A stretch of DNA of 64,000 nucleotides from a bacterium (GCA_963681965.1 OY820579.1:3104001-3168000), one strand, 5' to 3'; shown: positions 48,016-59,279, numbered from the stretch's first letter. Translations and numbers: made by a program. Notes: generated by a model not told the origin, from the letters alone.

Positions 48016-49569
48016 TTAGAATCCGTTCATTGCGATCACTGCCGCCGGTTTCACGATGGTAATTAAATGGTTGAGCGAACCACTGATCATGTTTAAAATC
48101 GGGTGCGGATAAACACCCAGAACTATTACAATGATTGCCAGCGGTACGAGGGTGAACATTTCTCGCCCGTTAATTTCCGGAAGATCTTTATATTTTTCGT
48201 TCAACGGTCCAAAGAAGACCCGTTGAATTGTCCAGAGTAAGTAGCCCGCAGTAATAATGATACCGAATGCGGAAATCATCGTGTATACCGGCCAAGTCTG
48301 ATAACTTCCCATGAATACCAGGATTTCGGAAATGAAGCCGCTCAAACCCGGCAAACCTAACGAAGCAAAGAACGCAAAGGCGGTCATACCCATATAGCGC
48401 GGAACCACCGAACCGATACCGCCGAAACCGTTGATTTCACGGTGGTGAGCACGATCATAAACCACACCCACCAAGAGGAACAACATGGCTGTTATCGTAC
48501 CATGGTTGAACATCTGGAGCACTGCGCCGTTGATACCGGCAGGCGTCAATGCGCTCATACCAAGTAGCACATAACCCATGTGAGAAATCGAACTGTATGC
48601 CACAAGCTTCTTGAGGTCGGTTTGCGCCATCGCGCAAAATGCCCCATACAGAATGTTAATGACACCCAAAATCGCCATCATATTGCTGAAGTAGTAAGAT
48701 GCATCCGGGAAGATCCCAAAATTGATTCGCAACATACCGTAAGTACCCATTTTCAAAAGGATACCTGCTAGGATCACGGAGATTGCGGTGGGAGCTTCCA
48801 CGTGGGCATCCGGTAACCACGTATGGAACGGGAATACCGGCACTTTAATGGCAAAGCCGATAAACAAGGCAATCCACAGGACATAACGGATACTGTATCC
48901 CAAAAACATACCAGTATTCCGCAGCCACTCGGTTTGACTCGTCTGCTGCATCATCGTAACCATGTCGAAAGTATGCTGTCCGGTAAGTGGATCGATGGTA
49001 TTCTGATATAGAATGATCATTGCCAGCAACATCAGCACTGAACCAGCCAGTGTATAAAGGAAGAACTTGATTGCGGCATAGATTCTTCGCGGTCCACCCC
49101 AGATACCGATTAAGAAATACATCGGTAACAGCATGACTTCCCAGAACACATAGAACAGGAAGAAGTCAAGTGAGATGAAAGTTCCCAGCATACCTGTTTC
49201 AAGCAACAGGAACAGCGTCATGTAACCTTTGACCTGTTTCGCGATTCCCCACGATGCAAAGATGCAGAGGAAGCTTAACAACGTCGTAAGCCAGACCATC
49301 GGGAACGAGATGCCATCGACACCGACATACCAGAAAATATTGTATCCCGGAATCCAGACGGCGCGCTCGACAAATTGGAACGTCTTCGGATCGTTCACAC
49401 CGATGCTGCTGTTGTTGTATTGAAAGAGCAGGACAGTGGCAATAACCAACGGCACAAATGTTGTCGCCGCAGCCAGCCAACGCATGATATTCAGGCGCTC
49501 TTTTGGAACCAAGAGGATGATCAACGCTCCCACCAGTGGGAAGAAGGTCATGATCGAAAGCGGACCCAT
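48016..49569 (-). CDS. nuoM: Complex I subunit M
   Basis: FWEVMLLP, KVPVFPFHTWLPDAHVEAPT, KMGTYG. Confidence 0.95.
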   Translation of the reverse strand: MGPLSIMTFFPLVGALIILLVPKERLNIMRWLAAATTFVPLVIATVLLFQYNNSSIGVNDPKTFQFVERAVWIPGYNIFWYVGVDGISFPMVWLTTLLSFLCIFASWGIAKQVKGYMTLFLLLETGMLGTFISLDFFLFYVFWEVMLLPMYFLIGIWGGPRRIYAAIKFFLYTLAGSVLMLLAMIILYQNTIDPLTGQHTFDMVTMMQQTSQTEWLRNTGMFLGYSIRYVLWIALFIGFAIKVPVFPFHTWLPDAHVEAPTAISVILAGILLKMGTYGMLRINFGIFPDASYYFSNMMAILGVINILYGAFCAMAQTDLKKLVAYSSISHMGYVLLGMSALTPAGINGAVLQMFNHGTITAMLFLLVGVVYDRAHHREINGFGGIGSVVPRYMGMTAFAFFASLGLPGLSGFISEILVFMGSYQTWPVYTMISAFGIIITAGYLLWTIQRVFFGPLNEKYKDLPEINGREMFTLVPLAIIVIVLGVYPHPILNMISGSLNHLITIVKPAAVIAMNGF

Positions 49570-49702
49570 AGCGTAGTGCTTCCTTTCTGACTACCTAATT
49601 CAGGATCGATAACAAATCAAATCAATGCGGATAATCGGCATCAGTTGAGCCAATCTCAATCGCCGGAAATAAGCGATTAGATCCGATCAAGCGAAAAAAT
49701 TA

Positions 49703-51850
49703 CTATAAAATCGTACCAGCGACGATGACAATGAGAATTGCCCCGATCGCCAAAACTGTTACTAACAAATACCGCTGAAGATTGCCAGTTTGAACCAATC
49801 GAACGCGATCGCCCGAGCGACCGACAACCCATGCCAAACCATTTACTGCGCCATCAATGACACTATTGTCGAACTTGCCGGTACCGAATGAGAAATTCCG
49901 GGTTAACCATGCGGTACCATTCACGATACCGTCAATAACGTATTGGTCGAATAGTGCCATTGTCTTGGAAAACAGTAGAGTGAATGCGATCACCGTCTTA
50001 TCGTACAACTCATCCATCCACCACTTATTGAGCATACCCTTGTAGAATAGACCCAACTTAATTTTCCAGGCATCGGTATCGACCTTCTTCTTCAAGAATG
50101 TCGTCCATGACAGCCAGATGCCACCACCCGCGACACATACCGACAAGATCATTGCCAATAAGTGCGCGAAATGCTCGGTGTGTTCCTTCTCGGCATCCAT
50201 TGCCTCGCTGCCACCATGTTCTGCTGCCGGTTTGGCTTCGCCTGTGGCATGTGCTACTGCCGGTTCACCCTGTTTAACCATTTCTTCGTGCGGCGCAGGT
50301 ACTGTTAGCATTGCCGCATACGCGCGCGGAGGAGTTGCTACTTGCGAATTAAACCACCCCTTCGTCGAGAACGGATTCACGTTGGGTAACGTAAACCAGA
50401 AGAAAACCGATAATGTCGCCAAGGTAATTAGCGGGATAGTCATTGCCTTCGGTGATTCGTGCAGGTGTCCTTCTGCTTCCGAACCACTCAGGAATTTTCC
50501 AAAGAATGTCTTGTAAATAATCCGGAACATGTAGAATGCGGTCATTCCGGCAGTCACAAAACCGAATAGCACCAAAATCCAGCTAATACCGCCATTCTCC
50601 ATCGCATACGCCAGTGTCGCGCCAAGGATAGCATCCTTCGACAGAAAACCGCTAGTAAACGGGACACCGGAGATTGCCAGTGTCGCTATCAACATCGTCA
50701 AGTATGTCACCGGCATTGCACGCTTCATGCCGCCCATATTCCGCATATCCTGCGGATCGGCATGGCTGTGGATGTGATGCAAGGCAATGTGCATCGCGTG
50801 GATCACTGATCCGGATGCTAGGAACAAACAGGCTTTGAACATCGCGTGGGTGACCAAATGGAATAATCCGGCGGTGTATGCACCGACACCCAGACCCATA
50901 ATCATGTAACCCAACTGCGAAATCGTCGAGTACGCCAACACCTTCTTGATATCGTATTGCGCTACGGCGATCGTCGCAGCAAAGAACGCCGTAAAACCGC
51001 CAACCAAGGCAATCACCAGACCGGCATCCGGAGTGATAATCGGGAAAATTCGTGCGACCAAATAAACACCCGCCGCCACCATCGTTGCAGCGTGGATCAA
51101 GGCACTAACCGGTGTCGGACCTTCCATTGCATCGGGCAACCAGACGTGTAACGGGAATTGTGCTGACTTACCGACAGCGCCACAGAACAGCAACAAGCCA
51201 ATGACTGTGAGCGTACCCATCGAAATCGAACCGTGAGCAACCGCAGCATACACTTTTTCGAGATTCAATTCACCCAGCAAAGCAAAAGTGAGAAGGATAC
51301 CGATCAGCATCCCGAAGTCGCCGATCCGGTTCGTAATGAACGCTTTTTTCGATGCTTGCGCGGGTGCATTCTTCTCGTGCCAGAACCCGATTAGCAAGTA
51401 GCTGGAGAGACCAACTAGTTCCCAGAAGATATAAAGACCGAGCAACGAATCTGCCAGCACCAATCCGAGCATCGAGAAACTGAATAGCGACAGATATGCG
51501 AAAAATCGACCGTACTTTGGATCACCTTTCATGTACTGAGTACTGAACAGGTGAACTAGCGAGCTGACCAAAGTCACCACGATCAACATTACCGAAGTCA
51601 AGACGTCGAAGTGAACACCAACTTGAACCGCGGCGGATCCGAGCGGTATCCAATCGAAGACCAGATTTTCGGAATACCCCACAGGTTTCATCATGATGTC
51701 GATGAACAACTTCAGTGACAGGATTAACCCGGCAAAGATGGTTGCAAGCGATAGAAAGTCGCCGTTGCGCGGAAGTCGTTTGCTGTTCAGCAAAACGATT
51801 GCGAAACTGGCAAGTGGCATCAGCCATACGAATAGGGCAAGAGTAATCAT
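49703..51850 (-). CDS. nuoL: Complex I subunit L
   Basis: WELVGLSSY, KSAQFPLHVWLPDAMEGPTPVSALIHAATMV, long C-terminal lateral helix. Confidence 0.96.
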   Translation of the reverse strand: MITLALFVWLMPLASFAIVLLNSKRLPRNGDFLSLATIFAGLILSLKLFIDIMMKPVGYSENLVFDWIPLGSAAVQVGVHFDVLTSVMLIVVTLVSSLVHLFSTQYMKGDPKYGRFFAYLSLFSFSMLGLVLADSLLGLYIFWELVGLSSYLLIGFWHEKNAPAQASKKAFITNRIGDFGMLIGILLTFALLGELNLEKVYAAVAHGSISMGTLTVIGLLLFCGAVGKSAQFPLHVWLPDAMEGPTPVSALIHAATMVAAGVYLVARIFPIITPDAGLVIALVGGFTAFFAATIAVAQYDIKKVLAYSTISQLGYMIMGLGVGAYTAGLFHLVTHAMFKACLFLASGSVIHAMHIALHHIHSHADPQDMRNMGGMKRAMPVTYLTMLIATLAISGVPFTSGFLSKDAILGATLAYAMENGGISWILVLFGFVTAGMTAFYMFRIIYKTFFGKFLSGSEAEGHLHESPKAMTIPLITLATLSVFFWFTLPNVNPFSTKGWFNSQVATPPRAYAAMLTVPAPHEEMVKQGEPAVAHATGEAKPAAEHGGSEAMDAEKEHTEHFAHLLAMILSVCVAGGGIWLSWTTFLKKKVDTDAWKIKLGLFYKGMLNKWWMDELYDKTVIAFTLLFSKTMALFDQYVIDGIVNGTAWLTRNFSFGTGKFDNSVIDGAVNGLAWVVGRSGDRVRLVQTGNLQRYLLVTVLAIGAILIVIVAGTIL

Positions 51851-52155
51851 TGTTTCATATCCGAGGCATGGTCGACGAAAACAGTTCCGCGCTGACGGTA
51901 CAACCCGAGAAAGATCGACAGCGCCACGGCAGCTTCGGCAGCGGCAAGCAAAATGATAAACAGCGCGACCAAGTGTCCGCGCAGGTTACCGGTGCTGAAA
52001 TGAGAAAAGATAATGAAGTTTAATCCCGCGCTGTTGAGTATCAGTTCGATTCCCATCAGAATGGAAACGGCATTCTTGCGAGTCAGTACCGCCAGAATCC
52101 CAAGAATAAACAATCCGCAAGATATGCAGAGGAAAACGGTGACGTTATTCAGCAT
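51847..52155 (-). CDS. nuoK: Complex I subunit K
   Basis: LMGIELILNS, AAAEAAVAL. Confidence 0.93.
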   Translation of the reverse strand: MLNNVTVFLCISCGLFILGILAVLTRKNAVSILMGIELILNSAGLNFIIFSHFSTGNLRGHLVALFIILLAAAEAAVALSIFLGLYRQRGTVFVDHASDMKQ

Positions 52156-52657
52156 CTTCGTCGCTCCGTTCCCGCCCTAAGCGAACTGCACCGATCAATG
52201 CTGCAACCAACAGGATCGAGGCGGCTTCGAAGGCGATCACATAAGTGAAGATCAATTCTCGACCAATCGCGGCAGTGGTTGGTTGTGCGGCTAATTGATT
52301 GACCAGCCACGGTGTGTAAATAATCATCACCATCAATGCAATGCCAACAGCACCAACTGGGATCAGTGCCAAATAGCGCTGTTGCGTTTGTTCAAAAATA
52401 TCGAGGTTCGTGATCCGGGAAGTGAGCAATACGCCGAAAATGATCAGGATCAGAATACCACCGACGTATACAATCACTTGCGTTGCAGCCAAGAAGTCGG
52501 CAGCCATCAACACATAAAGTGCCGCGACACCGATAAACGTAAACAGCAGTGCAAACGCCGAGTACAGAATTCGCGGTGAAAACGTGACGACCGATGCCGA
52601 TGCCAACGTTAACAATCCGAAAAATCCGATCGCGATATCAAGAAGGAGCGATTCCAT
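52145..52657 (-). CDS. nuoJ: Complex I subunit J
   Basis: ADFLAATQVIVYVGGI, FEAASILL. Confidence 0.93.
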   Translation of the reverse strand: MESLLLDIAIGFFGLLTLASASVVTFSPRILYSAFALLFTFIGVAALYVLMAADFLAATQVIVYVGGILILIIFGVLLTSRITNLDIFEQTQQRYLALIPVGAVGIALMVMIIYTPWLVNQLAAQPTTAAIGRELIFTYVIAFEAASILLVAALIGAVRLGRERSDEDAE

Positions 52658-53370
52658 TATTTATCTCCTCCATCGGGACCAGGACACTGGTCATTAAAAG
52701 GTTCTTCCGGCGGTTTCGGCGCTTCGACTGGTTTTTCCGGCACTGTTGCTACCGGCGGTTTCGGCGTTGCTGGTGCTGCAGTCGGAGCAGCGGCTACCGG
52801 TTTCGGTGCTGCGGCTTTGGCGGCTTTTTCAGCGGCGGCAGCTGCGACCAGTTCATCGCGTTCGGCAGCATTATGCCGTGAATAATTCACAAATAAATCG
52901 TCGCGATTTTGTGCGATATGATGAAAATCGGGAATCATAAAGATTGCGTCGTCGTTGCACACAGTGGTGCAAAGTCCGCAATACAGACACTTCGAATGAT
53001 CGATCGTAAATTCGGCAATATGTAACGGACGGCGTTTGCCATTCGGTCGAGTACCAAGATCTACACCAGCGACCGGCTTCGCTGTGACAATCGTGATGAT
53101 ACCGGGCGGGCAAATCTTGTCGCACTGCATGCAGCCACCACACAAATCGATATCGACCTGAACGCGCTGACGCGATCGTTCGGCAATCGGAATGGATTCA
53201 TGCGGATACTGTACTGTATGACGTTTGATAAAGTAGTGACCGCCAGTGATGCTCAAACCGACAAGTGTCGTATAAAAGCCATCCCAGACTTCCACTAGCC
53301 ATTTTATGAATGGGTTGCGCTTTTCGGAAGATACCGTGTATGAAATCGGTATCCCCAGCGCAGTTCTCAT
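52657..53370 (-). CDS. nuoI: Complex I subunit I with Ala/Pro-rich tail
   Basis: [28 protein letters not shown]; ATGA overlap with nuoH. Confidence 0.9.
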   Translation of the reverse strand: MRTALGIPISYTVSSEKRNPFIKWLVEVWDGFYTTLVGLSITGGHYFIKRHTVQYPHESIPIAERSRQRVQVDIDLCGGCMQCDKICPPGIITIVTAKPVAGVDLGTRPNGKRRPLHIAEFTIDHSKCLYCGLCTTVCNDDAIFMIPDFHHIAQNRDDLFVNYSRHNAAERDELVAAAAAEKAAKAAAPKPVAAAPTAAPATPKPPVATVPEKPVEAPKPPEEPFNDQCPGPDGGDK

Positions 53371-54419
53371 TTGGGCCATAACATCGCCACCGTTGCAATC
53401 GCAATGAAATTAACAAGCGCGAGTGGAAGGAACACCTTCCAACAAATGTGCATCAACTGGTCGACACGCACGCGCGGAAGCGTCCAGCGAAGCCACATCT
53501 GTACAAACACTATCACTAATGATTTTAGGACTAACCAAATCGGACCGGGAATAATGCTGAGCCAAGGTGCCGGTGCCAAAGGACCGCCCAAAAAGACGAC
53601 CGAAGCAATCGCAGCAACGATGAACATATTGGCATATTCCGCAAGGAAGAACATCGCGAACCGAATACCGGTATATTCCGTGTGGTAACCCGCAACCAGT
53701 TCCGATTCCGCTTCAGGAATATCGAATGGGGTACGGTTGGTTTCGGCAAGCGATGACCAGAAGTAGATAATAAAGGCAATGATCGTGAAGGGTGGAACCC
53801 GGAACAGATACCAATTCCAGAAGTACCCTTCGCCCGGAAAGCCAACCCTCTGTGCTTCGACGATATCGATAAACGACAGCGATCCAGCCAAAATCACTGG
53901 TAGCATCAATGAAAGCGATACCGGAATTTCATAGCTGACGATCTGAGCAGCGGAACGCATCGCACCATATAGCGCCCACTTGTTGTTGCTAGCCCAGCCA
54001 GCCATCAAAATACCGATCACTGCAGTGCTGGAAAGCGCTACCGCATAATAGACACCGATATTCAAATCACTGCCGATTAAACTGGCACCGAATGGAATAA
54101 CCGCCAATACACCAAGCGAACCGGCAAACACGACATAAGGCGCCAATTTGAACAGTTTCCGGTCGGCTAATGCCGGAATAATGTCTTCTTTAAGGAGCAG
54201 TTTCAAAGCATCGGCTATCGTCTGCGCCCACCCTTGAAAACCGAAACCACCCGTCTCCATCGGACCGTAGCGATCTTGGGCATATCCCGAGACTTTACGT
54301 TCTAACCACACTGCAAACAACGCGAAAACAATCACGAACCCAAGCACAATCCCCATCCAGACGGTCTGCCAGACGATCAAGGGAAGGTTCCATGGGGCTA
54401 AAGGATTGAATACTTCCAT
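53367..54419 (-). CDS. nuoH: Complex I subunit H
   Basis: ERKV...[36 protein letters not shown]. Confidence 0.96.
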   Translation of the reverse strand: MEVFNPLAPWNLPLIVWQTVWMGIVLGFVIVFALFAVWLERKVSGYAQDRYGPMETGGFGFQGWAQTIADALKLLLKEDIIPALADRKLFKLAPYVVFAGSLGVLAVIPFGASLIGSDLNIGVYYAVALSSTAVIGILMAGWASNNKWALYGAMRSAAQIVSYEIPVSLSLMLPVILAGSLSFIDIVEAQRVGFPGEGYFWNWYLFRVPPFTIIAFIIYFWSSLAETNRTPFDIPEAESELVAGYHTEYTGIRFAMFFLAEYANMFIVAAIASVVFLGGPLAPAPWLSIIPGPIWLVLKSLVIVFVQMWLRWTLPRVRVDQLMHICWKVFLPLALVNFIAIATVAMLWPK

Positions 54420-55588
54420 TATCGATCCACCTCCCCAAGCACGATGTCAATTGAGCCAAGGATAATAACGAGGTCGGCGATTAACTGATCGCGAGCCATA
54501 TACGGTAACGCCGATAGATTGCAGAATGCCGGACTGCGAACTTTGATGCGCCACGGATTTTTCGTTCCGTCGCTGGCAATAAAGAAACCGATCTCGCCAC
54601 GTGGCGTTTCCGAACGCATATACACATCGCCGATCGGCATCTTCATAAAGTTTTTCGGAACAGAGGCTTTTACATCTTCTTCAGGAATACCATTGAGTGC
54701 TTGGCGAATAATTTTCACACTTTGCATCATTTCCAGTGCTCGGACGATATGCCGATCCCACGAATCTCCAACCGTCCCTTTGGCACCTTCACCGACACAG
54801 ACTTGGAAGTCATACTTCTCGTAGCCTGAATACGGTTCGTCTTTGCGAAGATCCCATTTCACACCACTTCCACGAAGCATCGGACCGGTGCAACCACACG
54901 CGATCGCGACTTCTGGCGGCAATACCCCGACGTTCGCTGTACGGTCAATAAAGATCTTGTTGTAAGTTAGAAGATCGTTGTATTCGCTGACTTTAGTTTC
55001 AAAATAGTCGCAGAATTTCAAACATCGATCGATCCAACCGTCCGGTACATCGTCAACCAACCCGCCGACCATCATATAAGAGTAGAGGAGACGACCACCG
55101 CTCGCTTGCTCAAAGAGGTCCAGAATGATTTCCCGATCACGGAAGCAATAAATAAATGGGGTGGTAGCACCGGCATCCAATCCAAAAGTACCGATGGCGA
55201 TCAGGTGCGAAGCAATTCGATTTAATTCAGCCATCACTACCCGTAACCGTTCGACGCGGTCGGGTAGTTTCAATCCCATCAATTTTTCAACGGCGAGAAC
55301 ATATCCGAAATTCATATTCATCGCGGCACAATAATCGAGTCGATCGGTATACGGCAATACTTGATTGTATGGCAACCCTTCGCAAATCTTCTCAAAGCAT
55401 CGATGCAAATAACCGAGGTGCGGGATAGCTTCATGCACTACTTCACCGTCGGTATGCAGCTCGACACGTAGTACACCGTGTGTCGACGGGTGCTGCGGAC
55501 CCATGTTCAGCGTCATGCTTTCACCGGTAACGCGAACGATCTTGTCCGGTGATGGTCCTAGCGGAATATCGAGTTCGTGTACTGGCAT
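54419..55588 (-). CDS. nuoD: Complex I subunit D
   Basis: [26 protein letters not shown]; no NiFe CxxC motifs. Confidence 0.96.
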   Translation of the reverse strand: MPVHELDIPLGPSPDKIVRVTGESMTLNMGPQHPSTHGVLRVELHTDGEVVHEAIPHLGYLHRCFEKICEGLPYNQVLPYTDRLDYCAAMNMNFGYVLAVEKLMGLKLPDRVERLRVVMAELNRIASHLIAIGTFGLDAGATTPFIYCFRDREIILDLFEQASGGRLLYSYMMVGGLVDDVPDGWIDRCLKFCDYFETKVSEYNDLLTYNKIFIDRTANVGVLPPEVAIACGCTGPMLRGSGVKWDLRKDEPYSGYEKYDFQVCVGEGAKGTVGDSWDRHIVRALEMMQSVKIIRQALNGIPEEDVKASVPKNFMKMPIGDVYMRSETPRGEIGFFIASDGTKNPWRIKVRSPAFCNLSALPYMARDQLIADLVIILGSIDIVLGEVDR

Positions 55589-55589
55589 A

Positions 55590-56099
55590 TCAATTCACCG
55601 GTCGAGCGGTACGATGCTCTTCTTCAGCAGCAATTTTCCACTCTTGATAGAATTCGGGTTGCACGTAATCCTTGCGTAGTGGATGTCCCTGCCAATCGTC
55701 AGGCAAAAGAATTCTGCGCAAGTCGGGATGATTCAAGAAAAATACTCCGAACAGATCGAACACTTCGCGTTCATGCCAGTCGGCAGAAGGGTAGAGTTCT
55801 ACGATCGAAGGAACTTCCGGTTTTTCGCGTTGAACGCGTACTTTCAAATTCAACCGTTCGTTACGGGAAAACGCATACAGTATATATACAACTTCGATGC
55901 AATCTTTTCGATCGATTGCAGTGAGACAGTGTAGTGAATCGAAGCGGGCAGCGTCATCGGTTCGTAATGCCCGAACGATTTTTTCGAAACTTATTGCTGG
56001 CAATAGAACTGCTTTTTCACTCTCGAGTGCTTCAACAATCCATTCCGGATTCGCAGTCGGGAATTTGGCAGCGATCCATTCTTTCCAATCGGTCGCCAT
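55590..56099 (-). CDS. nuoC: Complex I subunit C
   Basis: ADWHEREVFDLFG..F..HPDLRRIL...GHPLRKDY. Confidence 0.95.
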   Translation of the reverse strand: MATDWKEWIAAKFPTANPEWIVEALESEKAVLLPAISFEKIVRALRTDDAARFDSLHCLTAIDRKDCIEVVYILYAFSRNERLNLKVRVQREKPEVPSIVELYPSADWHEREVFDLFGVFFLNHPDLRRILLPDDWQGHPLRKDYVQPEFYQEWKIAAEEEHRTARPVN

Positions 56100-56593
56100 T
56101 ATGCCCTCCGCTTCCTGTTTTCAGGATGTTTGATCATTTCCTGCAGTTCCATGATGCCATCAATCAACGCCTCGGGTCGTGGCGGGCAGCCGGGGACATA
56201 CACATCCACCGGAACGATCGTATCGACCCCTTTAAGAACATGATACCCGTTCTGCCAATACGGTCCGCCGCTATTGGCGCATGATCCCATCGAAATCACC
56301 CATTTCGGGTCGGGCATTTGTTCGTAAAGCCGGATCAACCGCGATGCCATTTTAAAAGTCACTGTGCCCGAAACAATCATCGCATCGGACTGACGCGGGC
56401 TTGGGCGAAGAAACACACCGAAGCGGTCTAGATCGAATCGGCTGGCGGCAGTTGCCATCATTTCGATTGCACAGCAAGCAAGACCGAAGGTCTGTGGCCA
56501 AATCGAAGAGGCACGTGCCCAACGGAATAATTTGTCGACACTGGTAATCCAGATCGTGCGTTCGTAAACGCCTTCATCAGGAGGAATAATCAC
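56099..56593 (-). CDS. nuoB: Complex I subunit B
   Basis: [27 protein letters not shown]; GTG at 56593 overlaps nuoA stop. Confidence 0.95.
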   Translation of the reverse strand: MIIPPDEGVYERTIWITSVDKLFRWARASSIWPQTFGLACCAIEMMATAASRFDLDRFGVFLRPSPRQSDAMIVSGTVTFKMASRLIRLYEQMPDPKWVISMGSCANSGGPYWQNGYHVLKGVDTIVPVDVYVPGCPPRPEALIDGIMELQEMIKHPENRKRRA

Positions 56594-57024
56594 CGTTTCT
56601 CCGCGCGCGGATTGGTTCGTGTTTCGGCACGAGGTGCATGGAGCATCTCGTGTGCGGTTCGAGGTGCAAGTGGACGAATCCATTCGAGATCGCCACGCTT
56701 CCAAACATAAACTAAACCCGGAATCAATAATAACAGGAACAACATCGCTTCAATCCAGCCAACCAAACCGATTTCGCGAGCGATTGCGGCGTATGGGAGT
56801 AGCAAGACAATTTCGATGTCGAAGATGAGGAAGATCAAACCGATGATATAGAAACGGCTATTAAACCGGACCCAGCTTTGTCCTTTGATTTCTTCGCCGC
56901 ATTCATAAGTCGACAGCTTTAAATCGTTCGGGCGTTTCCGAATCAACAACCAATTCAGAAACACAGAAACACCCACAACGACTACGGCTGCGACAATAAA
57001 CAGCAGAACTGGAATGAAATCCAT
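56590..57024 (-). CDS. nuoA: Complex I subunit A
   Basis: [21 protein letters not shown]. Confidence 0.95.
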   Translation of the reverse strand: MDFIPVLLFIVAAVVVVGVSVFLNWLLIRKRPNDLKLSTYECGEEIKGQSWVRFNSRFYIIGLIFLIFDIEIVLLLPYAAIAREIGLVGWIEAMLFLLLLIPGLVYVWKRGDLEWIRPLAPRTAHEMLHAPRAETRTNPRAEKR

Positions 57025-57138
57025 AAGTTCTCTCTTTAACTCAGCTTTACTCAGCTATTGAATTTACGAAATCAACTCGATTTCGCTTTGATGAAACCGC
57101 CATAAACTTATCAGTTTTTTGCGTCCATTCCAAGCGGG

Positions 57139-57156
57139 ATGTGATACTCTTCACAA
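57139..57156. promoter_or_regulatory. CRP/Rex-like operator upstream of nuoA
   Basis: ATGTGA-TACTCT-TCACAA: exact TGTGA-N6-TCACA. Confidence 0.55.
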
Positions 57157-57299
57157 TTCCAAGAATTTGAAGAATATACTTGTATAAGGACGATTATTTG
57201 TACCATAAATCGACCGAATTAACGTAATATGACAGGAAATCGTGATTTTCACTTAATTTCACGCTTGTAGTCGGTATCGACAGGGCTTTCAATCCAATT

Positions 57300-58121
57300 C
57301 TAACATCGAACCGAGGAAAATGCTTCCTTTTCCCACTCCTTGACTTTTCGATACTCCGGGTGCATCCGTTCGGCATCGCGAAATGCCTTGTCATGCGGGT
57401 GATGCGTACCCGGCGGTTGGATACTGTGTAATAACTCGTGATAGATCACAAATGAGAGGACATATTCCGGTACCTGTGGTGTATCGAGCAGCGGGTGAAT
57501 TGAAATTCGGTGTAACGCTGCCGAATAGCTCCCTAAATGTCTGGATCGCGCTCGGTTTACCGGTTTCTTACCCCACCCGATTGCGACTTTGCAGGTTCCC
57601 CCAAAAAAAGTATCGTTAACTGTTCGGTACAACTCCTCTAAATTGTAATGCTTCCCCAGTGTTGGCAAATCTTCCCTAGGCTTGCGGAGGCGTTGTTCTG
57701 CTGCTGAGAGCGTCGACAACTCGTGGATGTACTGAGTAATCAATTTCGGAGGTTTCCGACGCGGTCCTTTCAACCACCCTACCAACGCCTCGCACACCGG
57801 GTCTGGCGCATCGATGAAACGTCGGTGAATACGCAACACGATCTCAAGCCCCTCTTGTTTCATTGCCACATAGCGTGTTTTTCCGTACATCCGCTTCACA
57901 ATTAAGGGCTTAGCAAGAAATGGTTGTAGGGAGCGTTGAAGCCAAGCGGCAAACTCGGTAAATCGTTCGGCTTCGAGTTTTTGCTGAGAGCGAGGAACGT
58001 GATCGCTCGAAGCTTGATTGGAGACAACAATCTCTGTGCCTTCGCTGTGAAAAGGCTGAAATACTGGTGGAGATGGAGGATTTTCCTCTTCAAAGAGAGA
58101 GAGTTGTTTTAATCGAGCCAT
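57300..58121 (-). CDS. SprT-like/YgjP-like zinc metalloprotease
   Basis: LYRTVNDTFF...W...LGSY...I.IHPLLD...YHELLH...HDKAF. Confidence 0.8.
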   Translation of the reverse strand: MARLKQLSLFEEENPPSPPVFQPFHSEGTEIVVSNQASSDHVPRSQQKLEAERFTEFAAWLQRSLQPFLAKPLIVKRMYGKTRYVAMKQEGLEIVLRIHRRFIDAPDPVCEALVGWLKGPRRKPPKLITQYIHELSTLSAAEQRLRKPREDLPTLGKHYNLEELYRTVNDTFFGGTCKVAIGWGKKPVNRARSRHLGSYSAALHRISIHPLLDTPQVPEYVLSFVIYHELLHSIQPPGTHHPHDKAFRDAERMHPEYRKVKEWEKEAFSSVRC

Positions 58122-58194
58122 GAAGACAAATTAAACGATTTTAAAGGTTTATTCAATTCTGATAATTGCCAGAACTGACCTGAAATGGCTAAAA

Positions 58195-58983
58195 TTAGAC
58201 GATCTTATCTGGCTTTCGCTCGACAGCGGCATCGCAAATGGATAAAAACGAATCGGGTTTGAGCGAAGCCCCACCCACTAATCCACCATCGACATCGCGG
58301 CATCGGAATAACTCGTTTGCATTTGCCGGTGTGACACTGCCACCGTACAAAATCCGGAGTACGTTAGCCCACTCGGTACCCCACCCCTCTTTCATCGATT
58401 TCCGAATATACGCGTGTGCTTCTTGCGCTTGTGCAGGCGTGGCTGTAACACCAGTTCCGATCGCCCAAACCGGTTCATAAGCAATGATGATTTTTTCACG
58501 CAATTCTTCCGGTAGCGGGAGTAAATTTTGAAGTTGCTTTGACAAAACTTGGAATGTGTTCTCCGCTTGACGTTCAGCAAGGGTTTCTCCTACACAATAC
58601 ACCACTGAGAGTTGGTGTTTCAGTGCAATTTCCAATTTTCGAGCCAAAAGTGCTTCATCTTCGCCAAAGAGCTGCCGTCGCTCGGAGTGTCCGATCAAAA
58701 CATACCGACAACCGGCATCCACCAGCATCGCAGCCGATACTTCCCCGGTAAAAGCGCCGGATTCGCGATCGGAAAGGTTCTGTGCGCCAACCAAAATATC
58801 TCGTCGCCGCAGCAGATTGCCGATTACAAAGGGAATATCCAGAAAGGCAGGAAACAAGCCAACATCGTAGGTTCGGTCAGTTGGGAGTTTATTAGTGAAA
58901 GCATCGATGAATTGGATCGCTTCACTGGGAGTGAGATTCATTTTCCAGTTTCCAGCTACAAACGGCGTCCGATGAGTACTCAT
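58195..58983 (-). CDS. tpiA: Triosephosphate isomerase
   Basis: AGNWKMN, GHSERR, AYEPVWAIGTG, YGGSV, VGGASL. Confidence 0.98.
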   Translation of the reverse strand: MSTHRTPFVAGNWKMNLTPSEAIQFIDAFTNKLPTDRTYDVGLFPAFLDIPFVIGNLLRRRDILVGAQNLSDRESGAFTGEVSAAMLVDAGCRYVLIGHSERRQLFGEDEALLARKLEIALKHQLSVVYCVGETLAERQAENTFQVLSKQLQNLLPLPEELREKIIIAYEPVWAIGTGVTATPAQAQEAHAYIRKSMKEGWGTEWANVLRILYGGSVTPANANELFRCRDVDGGLVGGASLKPDSFLSICDAAVERKPDKIV

Positions 58984-59279
58984 TTCGTCTCCTTTTCACA
59001 CATTCCAAATAGTAGATGATTCGTAGCTTGACTTCAATATCAAAGAATACGAATGAAACTTTTTTTTAACAGTGATTAAACATATTTTATTTATCGCTAT
59101 TTAATTTATCGTTACTATTCTAATATATAAACTATATTTCCCTTTTTTAAATTCAATTCCCTCAAATCGTATCAATTGTATCATTCTATTACTTTCTCGT
59201 CATCTATCGGTTTTCCTCAAATTGTTTGCAGACAGGTTTCACCGTACCTTTTTGTTGTTTTAAGTCCCTGAGGCAGAAC

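Noticed and set aside
49570-49702. Small gene or ncRNA in the nuoL-nuoM gap
   Set aside because: Only short imperfect hairpins and the nuoM RBS; no convincing ORF or RNA motif.
58984-59279. Replication origin in the very AT-rich tpiA-nadE spacer
   Set aside because: No TTATCCACA-type DnaA boxes and no dnaA/dnaN nearby; better explained as divergent promoters.
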